64,000 nucleotides of DNA. Origin: Candidatus Bathyarchaeota archaeon (GTDB taxonomy: Archaea; Thermoproteota; Bathyarchaeia; Bathyarchaeales; Bathycorpusculaceae). Of this stretch, positions 59,523 through 64,000 are shown one piece after another. Every line of letters starts with the position of its first letter. The first letter of the stretch is position 1. The stretch is taken from assembly GCA_963782525.1 (NCBI GenBank), contig CAWAKC010000007.1, positions 1 to 64,000 on the forward strand, written 5' to 3'. The notes under the pieces were generated by a model. It had not been told where the DNA came from. It searched no databases and saw only the letters and a program-made list of their open reading frames with translations. The translations under genes were made by a program, and so were the position numbers.

Positions 59523-60005
59523 TTACGGTTTTATTCCTGCATCCCTCACAGCGCGCGTATAAACGTTTGCTGATGCGCCCGCAACTAAAGCACCTATGGC
59601 GTCGTTTGTTAAGGAACCTAATGTTTTTAGAATTCCAGGTTTGGCTTGATCAAAGCGTACATACTCAAACACGCCTCGGGTTCCGCCGATGTAGGTTGCG
59701 ATTGCCAACCCCAAGATTTCGTCAGCGACTGGACCAGGTCTTCCCCTGAACCTTTCTTGCGTTAACCCTGGAATTTGTCCCTTTTCTGCTTGATCTTGGA
59801 CGGAAAACGCAGCTACTTCAAGTATAGAGACATTGACATCTGAGAGGATGTCGAGAAGTTCCTCTTTGAGCATTTCGGTGGCTTTTTTCTCGGTTTCTAT
59901 GCCGGGGTGGGGCACGTACATTTCGAGGGCGCAGTCGATGAGGCTTTGCAGTGTAATCCCCTTTGCTTTTAGGTAAGTTAGAAGTGGAGGAGTTTGCGTT
60001 TTCAT
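59523..60005 (-). CDS. Alpha-ribazole phosphatase CobZ-like / PgpA family
   Basis: SDVNV, ADEILG.AIA.YIGG.RG.FEY.RFD..KPGIL; divergent from cob genes. Confidence 0.75.
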   Translation of the reverse strand: MKTQTPPLLTYLKAKGITLQSLIDCALEMYVPHPGIETEKKATEMLKEELLDILSDVNVSILEVAAFSVQDQAEKGQIPGLTQERFRGRPGPVADEILGLAIATYIGGTRGVFEYVRFDQAKPGILKTLGSLTNDAIGALVAGASANVYTRAVRDAGIKP

Positions 60006-60259
60006 GCTGTTCAACCGCATTTTTAGTGGTGAAGTTTGTTTTAAGTGTTGTGTGGCAGGTTTTACCGATATACTTATATCAAAAAGGCTGGATAAACCAA
60101 CCAACAGCGGGTTGATAATTTGCTGAACATAAAGAAAACAAACGTTATTTCAGCTAAAGTTTTACAAGAAGGCAAATTATCTAAAAACCTGAGCAGAAAA
60201 ATTGGATTTTTGCATTCAAATGTTTGTGAGAAAAAGGAAATATTGGAGGAAAAAACTGA

Positions 60260-60931
60260 ATGAAAGTTGTTGCTTCATGGAGCGGCGGCAAAGACAGCTG
60301 CTACGCACAATACCTCGCAACTCAGCAAGGCCACCAAGTAATGAACCTGTTCACTATGATGATGAGCGAGGAAAAATCTAACTTCCACATGATACCTTCT
60401 GCCATCCTCGATGCGCAGGCCGAAGCTATTGGGATTCCGTTGATTAAAAAAACCACCAGTCCACAGAACTATGAGAAGGATTTCAAAGCAGTCCTTTTAG
60501 AGTGCAAGACAAAGGGGATGCAGGGCTTGGTTACAGGTGACATCTATGAGGTTGCTGGGCACGAGGAGGGCTGGCTTGGACGAGTATGCAAAGAAGTCGG
60601 CTTAACACCCGTCAAACCCCTATGGATGGGCGACACAAAACAGATTTACTTAAACTACCTCAAAACGGGGTTCAAAGCAACTGTTGTCCGCACCAAACTA
60701 GACTTACTCGACGTCGACTGGCTTGGACGAGTACTAGACCGCAAATTCTACGATGAAATCCTAAACCTCGGCAACGTTGACCCATGCGGTGAAGGCGGCG
60801 AATACCACACTGTCGTAACAGACGGACCCACCTTCAAGAAGAAGATTGAAATCCAAGAAGCACAAAAGCATAAACTGGATGGCGGTTTTGGATACTTGGA
60901 AATCAAAAAGTGGAAAGCCGCCCCTAAGTAA
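60260..60931 (+). CDS. PP-loop ATPase, Dph6/DUF71 family
   Basis: SWSGGKDS, GDI, PLW, DPCGEGGEYHT.V.DGP.F. Confidence 0.88.
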   Translation: MKVVASWSGGKDSCYAQYLATQQGHQVMNLFTMMMSEEKSNFHMIPSAILDAQAEAIGIPLIKKTTSPQNYEKDFKAVLLECKTKGMQGLVTGDIYEVAGHEEGWLGRVCKEVGLTPVKPLWMGDTKQIYLNYLKTGFKATVVRTKLDLLDVDWLGRVLDRKFYDEILNLGNVDPCGEGGEYHTVVTDGPTFKKKIEIQEAQKHKLDGGFGYLEIKKWKAAPK

Positions 60932-60941
60932 GTGAAACATT

Positions 60942-62030
60942 ATGGACGTACTAATTGCGAATAACGCGCTTAAAGCAAAAGCTTTCCTTGACGAAATCGA
61001 AAGCAAGAAGCCCCTCTTCATAGCCACCATAGCAACCACAGAAACCGGAAAAATCCCAGGGTTGTCTGCGGCAGGGGCAAACCCTGATTTCACCGATTTC
61101 ACGCCTCCTGCAGATGCCGAGCTACTTTTGCTTGGCAAATGTAAATCAATCCAAGGCGTCCCAATCACACCCGACGGAATTCCGACACCTGGCTTGATTA
61201 CCATGTCAGCGCTGCATTTAGCCGACATACCCGTGCTGGTTGTAAACGGAGGAGTAAAGGTTAAGCCACAAATTCCCTACGTTGATTTAGGGGGCAACTC
61301 TGGGCGCGACATACGCACCGGCAACTCGGTTGATAATGTGGAAGAAGTAATCGAACACGCTAAGATTTTAGGTGAACAACTAGCTAAAGCGTCGGATTAC
61401 CTGGTTATCGGAGAGAGTATTCCGGGGGGCACCACAACGGCGCTCGGTGTATTGTCGGCTTTGGGCGTAAATGCACAGGGTAAAGTAAGCAGCACCCTCC
61501 CCGAAAACCCCCACAACTTAAAAGCGGAGGTGGTTGCGGCTGGTCTAAAAGCGGCAGGTGAAAAATTCGGAAGCCTAAAGGGCAACCCCATAAAAGCGGT
61601 TTCCTGTGTTGGCGACCCAATGATGGCGGCAATGGCTGGTTTAGCCATCGGTGGTGCTCGGCAGGGCCCTGTTCTGATGGCTGGTGGCACCCAAATGACC
61701 GCGGTCTTAGCAGTAATCAACGCTTTGAGTCCTGAATCTCTCTGCAACGTCGCCATCGGCACAACGCGGTGGGTTGCAAAAGACGTAAAATCCGATATCT
61801 GCGGTATAGTTAATCAATTCTGTGAGGTTCCGATTTTAGCGGCTGACTTAGACTTCGGACCCTCAAAATATCCGGGCTTACGAATCTATGAAACTGGACT
61901 AGTCAAAGAAGGCGTCGGAGCAGGTGGAGCGTCAATCGCTGCCATGGCAAAGACAGGCGGTGCAGTCACGAAGGATATACTTCTTAAGGAAATAGAACGT
62001 AACTATGCTCTACTGATGAGCAAAAAGTGA
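60942..62030 (+). CDS. cobT: Archaeal nicotinate-nucleotide--dimethylbenzimidazole phosphoribosyltransferase
   Basis: GLSAAGA, GESIPGGTTTAL, AGGTQM, KEGVGAGG. Confidence 0.9.
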   Translation: MDVLIANNALKAKAFLDEIESKKPLFIATIATTETGKIPGLSAAGANPDFTDFTPPADAELLLLGKCKSIQGVPITPDGIPTPGLITMSALHLADIPVLVVNGGVKVKPQIPYVDLGGNSGRDIRTGNSVDNVEEVIEHAKILGEQLAKASDYLVIGESIPGGTTTALGVLSALGVNAQGKVSSTLPENPHNLKAEVVAAGLKAAGEKFGSLKGNPIKAVSCVGDPMMAAMAGLAIGGARQGPVLMAGGTQMTAVLAVINALSPESLCNVAIGTTRWVAKDVKSDICGIVNQFCEVPILAADLDFGPSKYPGLRIYETGLVKEGVGAGGASIAAMAKTGGAVTKDILLKEIERNYALLMSKK

Positions 62031-62037
62031 CATTGTC

Positions 62038-62820
62038 TTGGTCGTTAAACAACTAAAAAACCTCCTATCCTTCTTAACCGTCTTTCCAGTCGCTATGGAC
62101 AAAGACCTGCTTACGGATTGTGCCCAGAACATGTGGGCTTTTCCCCTAATCGGCGCATTCCTTGGCTTGTTAGCGGGTGTTTTCGGTTGGGTAGCGTTAC
62201 AGTTTTTGCCCAGCCTCGTCGTCGGCGCCTTGGCGTTGGCGTTGCTTCTTTGGATGACTGGTTTGCATCATACTGATGGGTTGCTGGATTTTGGCGATGG
62301 CATCATGGTCCACGGTTCATTCGAGAAAAAAATCGAGGTTATGCATGACCAGTTGACAGGCGCAGGAGCGATCGGCTTAACACTTATGACTTACATAATT
62401 ACCGCTTTCGCGTTTGCCGAATTGGGTATAAGACTATTTTATGGAAGTTTTGCTGTTCCCCTGATTTTCCCTGCCTTAATCGTAATAGAATTATGTGCAA
62501 AATTATCCATGGTTGTTGTTGCTTGGGCGGGCAAGTCCGTGCATGAAGGCATGAACTCAGCTTTTCTGGCAGCGATGCGGGGTGGCAAAGGCAACTTACG
62601 GTTGATTGTGGCTTTGGCGATTTCTCTTGTAATTGCTGTACTGCTTCTCGGTTGGGCAGGCATCTTTGCCATTTTGGCGGCGGTGCTAACAGGCTTTGTT
62701 ATGGTGGGAATTGCCCACAAAAACTTTAACGGTGTTACCGGCGACGTGTTTGGCGCGACTAATGAGTTGTCGCGGATGGTTTGTGTGGTTGTTTTGTTGG
62801 CGGCGATTGCATGGGTGTAG
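62038..62820 (+). CDS. cobS: Cobalamin synthase (adenosylcobinamide-GDP ribazoletransferase)
   Basis: FLT..P, TGLHHTDGL.DF.DG, M.D...G..G, GVTGDVFGA. Confidence 0.93.
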   Translation: MVVKQLKNLLSFLTVFPVAMDKDLLTDCAQNMWAFPLIGAFLGLLAGVFGWVALQFLPSLVVGALALALLLWMTGLHHTDGLLDFGDGIMVHGSFEKKIEVMHDQLTGAGAIGLTLMTYIITAFAFAELGIRLFYGSFAVPLIFPALIVIELCAKLSMVVVAWAGKSVHEGMNSAFLAAMRGGKGNLRLIVALAISLVIAVLLLGWAGIFAILAAVLTGFVMVGIAHKNFNGVTGDVFGATNELSRMVCVVVLLAAIAWV

Positions 62821-63425
62821 TTGCGCTGGTTATGGCTGGCGGCAAGGGCACACGCATGAAACTCGCTGAAGAAAAGCCATTGATTAAAGTCTGCAGGAAA
62901 CCCGTTATCGAATATGTCCTTGCGGCGTTGAAAGAGGCTAAAAAAATCGACAAAGTCATCGTTGCCACAACCTACTGGACACCAAAAACCACAGCCCTCA
63001 TGCGTAAACTTGGCGTGGAAGTAATCGAAACCCCGGGCAAAGATTACGTTTCTGACATGGGCTATGTCGTTCAAACCCTCAAACTTGGCGTTTTCTTAGC
63101 CGTCGCGGCTGACTTGCCATTGGTTAGGGGTGAAATGATAGATGCCGTCGTGGAACGCTATGAACACTGCGGAAAACCAGCCTTAACTGTGGCAGTCCCT
63201 CTGGAAATTAAGGCAAAGTTGGGCATGTGCATTGAATACTCCTTCAAAGAGGACAGCCGCGAAGTTGTTCCCGTTGGCATAAACGTCATTGATGGAACCA
63301 AACGCTATGGCGACGAATGGCTCGACCAAGATATCTTCCTAATGAATAACGAAGAATTAGCCGTAAACATAAACACGGTACAGGAACTCCAACTTGCAGA
63401 ACGATTGCTATCTAGTAAAAAATGA
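62811..63425 (+). CDS. cobY: Adenosylcobinamide-phosphate guanylyltransferase
   Basis: MAGGKGTRM..EKP, TPG.DYVSD, ADLP, NINT; follows cobS. Confidence 0.88.
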   Translation: MGVVALVMAGGKGTRMKLAEEKPLIKVCRKPVIEYVLAALKEAKKIDKVIVATTYWTPKTTALMRKLGVEVIETPGKDYVSDMGYVVQTLKLGVFLAVAADLPLVRGEMIDAVVERYEHCGKPALTVAVPLEIKAKLGMCIEYSFKEDSREVVPVGINVIDGTKRYGDEWLDQDIFLMNNEELAVNINTVQELQLAERLLSSKK

Positions 63426-64000
63426 CCTATCGCTCTCTGCGACCGCTCCTTAATTATAAACACAAAATCTCAACATACGAATAAGCTGAAAACGCCAATT
63501 CGTATCTATATCCCCTCAATCGTTTTCTACATGGATTTGCTATTTGGATCCTGATGTCGCCTATCAGGTTGATGATCAACAAAGAAATCAGTATTGTATT
63601 TGAGTTTAGCTTGGTAGATGCAACTGTTGATTTGCAGAATCGCGTTGCAGCAGCATCAGCAGCAGCAACTTCTCGGGTGCCCCTCGCAACTTTTTGATTC
63701 TGATTGTTGTTGCAACTGCTCTGCAGAATGCAGGTGCAATAACAACAACTTCTCTTCAAAATTTACCCGTTACTGGCACCCCACAACACAAAGCCACAAC
63801 AACGACGACTTAAGAACCCACACGAATAGACCAATTCCTATCAACGTGCAAACTACAAACCAATATTCAACATATTAATAATCAAGAAAACACCATACCA
63901 ACTGCGCCCTTAGAAATATGTGACATCCCGTTTAGTTTCTGAAATGAGTTTCTATAGATCAAAATAGGTTTGTACTTTTAGGGTTCATGTTTATGATGCT

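Noticed and set aside
63454-63878. Cys/Gln/Asn-rich ORFs on both strands
   Set aside because: Products of the triplet-rich tract; no RBS or family features.

Overview
Archaeal chromosomal segment; gene content and order suggest a TACK archaeon, most likely Bathyarchaeia (inference). Most of the window is conserved housekeeping: archaeal modified mevalonate/isoprenoid cluster (UbiD-type decarboxylase, AcnX subunits, IPK, IDI-2, GGPP synthase), gltX-srp19, rps8e, smc-scpA-scpB, split archaeal glutamate synthase operon, tRNA-Glu(CTC), thermosome, KEOPS subunits, ribosomal protein/RNAP and exosome-proteasome superoperon, glycosyltransferases and late cobalamin genes. There are two decayed accessory islands. 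The first (1-4800) has a terminase large subunit plus a small HTH partner, a pseudogene, a candidate ~105-nt ncRNA gene, two toxin-antitoxin pairs and a tRNA 3'-end remnant. The second (~19000-23500) has a tyrosine recombinase remnant, virus-like small genes and three co-oriented ~130-bp elements with inverted-repeat ends that separate unrelated small genes; this is the most unusual structure in the window. Also notable: an Acinetobacter-type HAD/mannitol-1-phosphate dehydrogenase fusion inside the ribosomal/exosome superoperon, a probable CTG start for rps11, and a roadblock-domain gene cluster behind a type IV pilin. All assignments come from motif recognition by eye; no searches were run.
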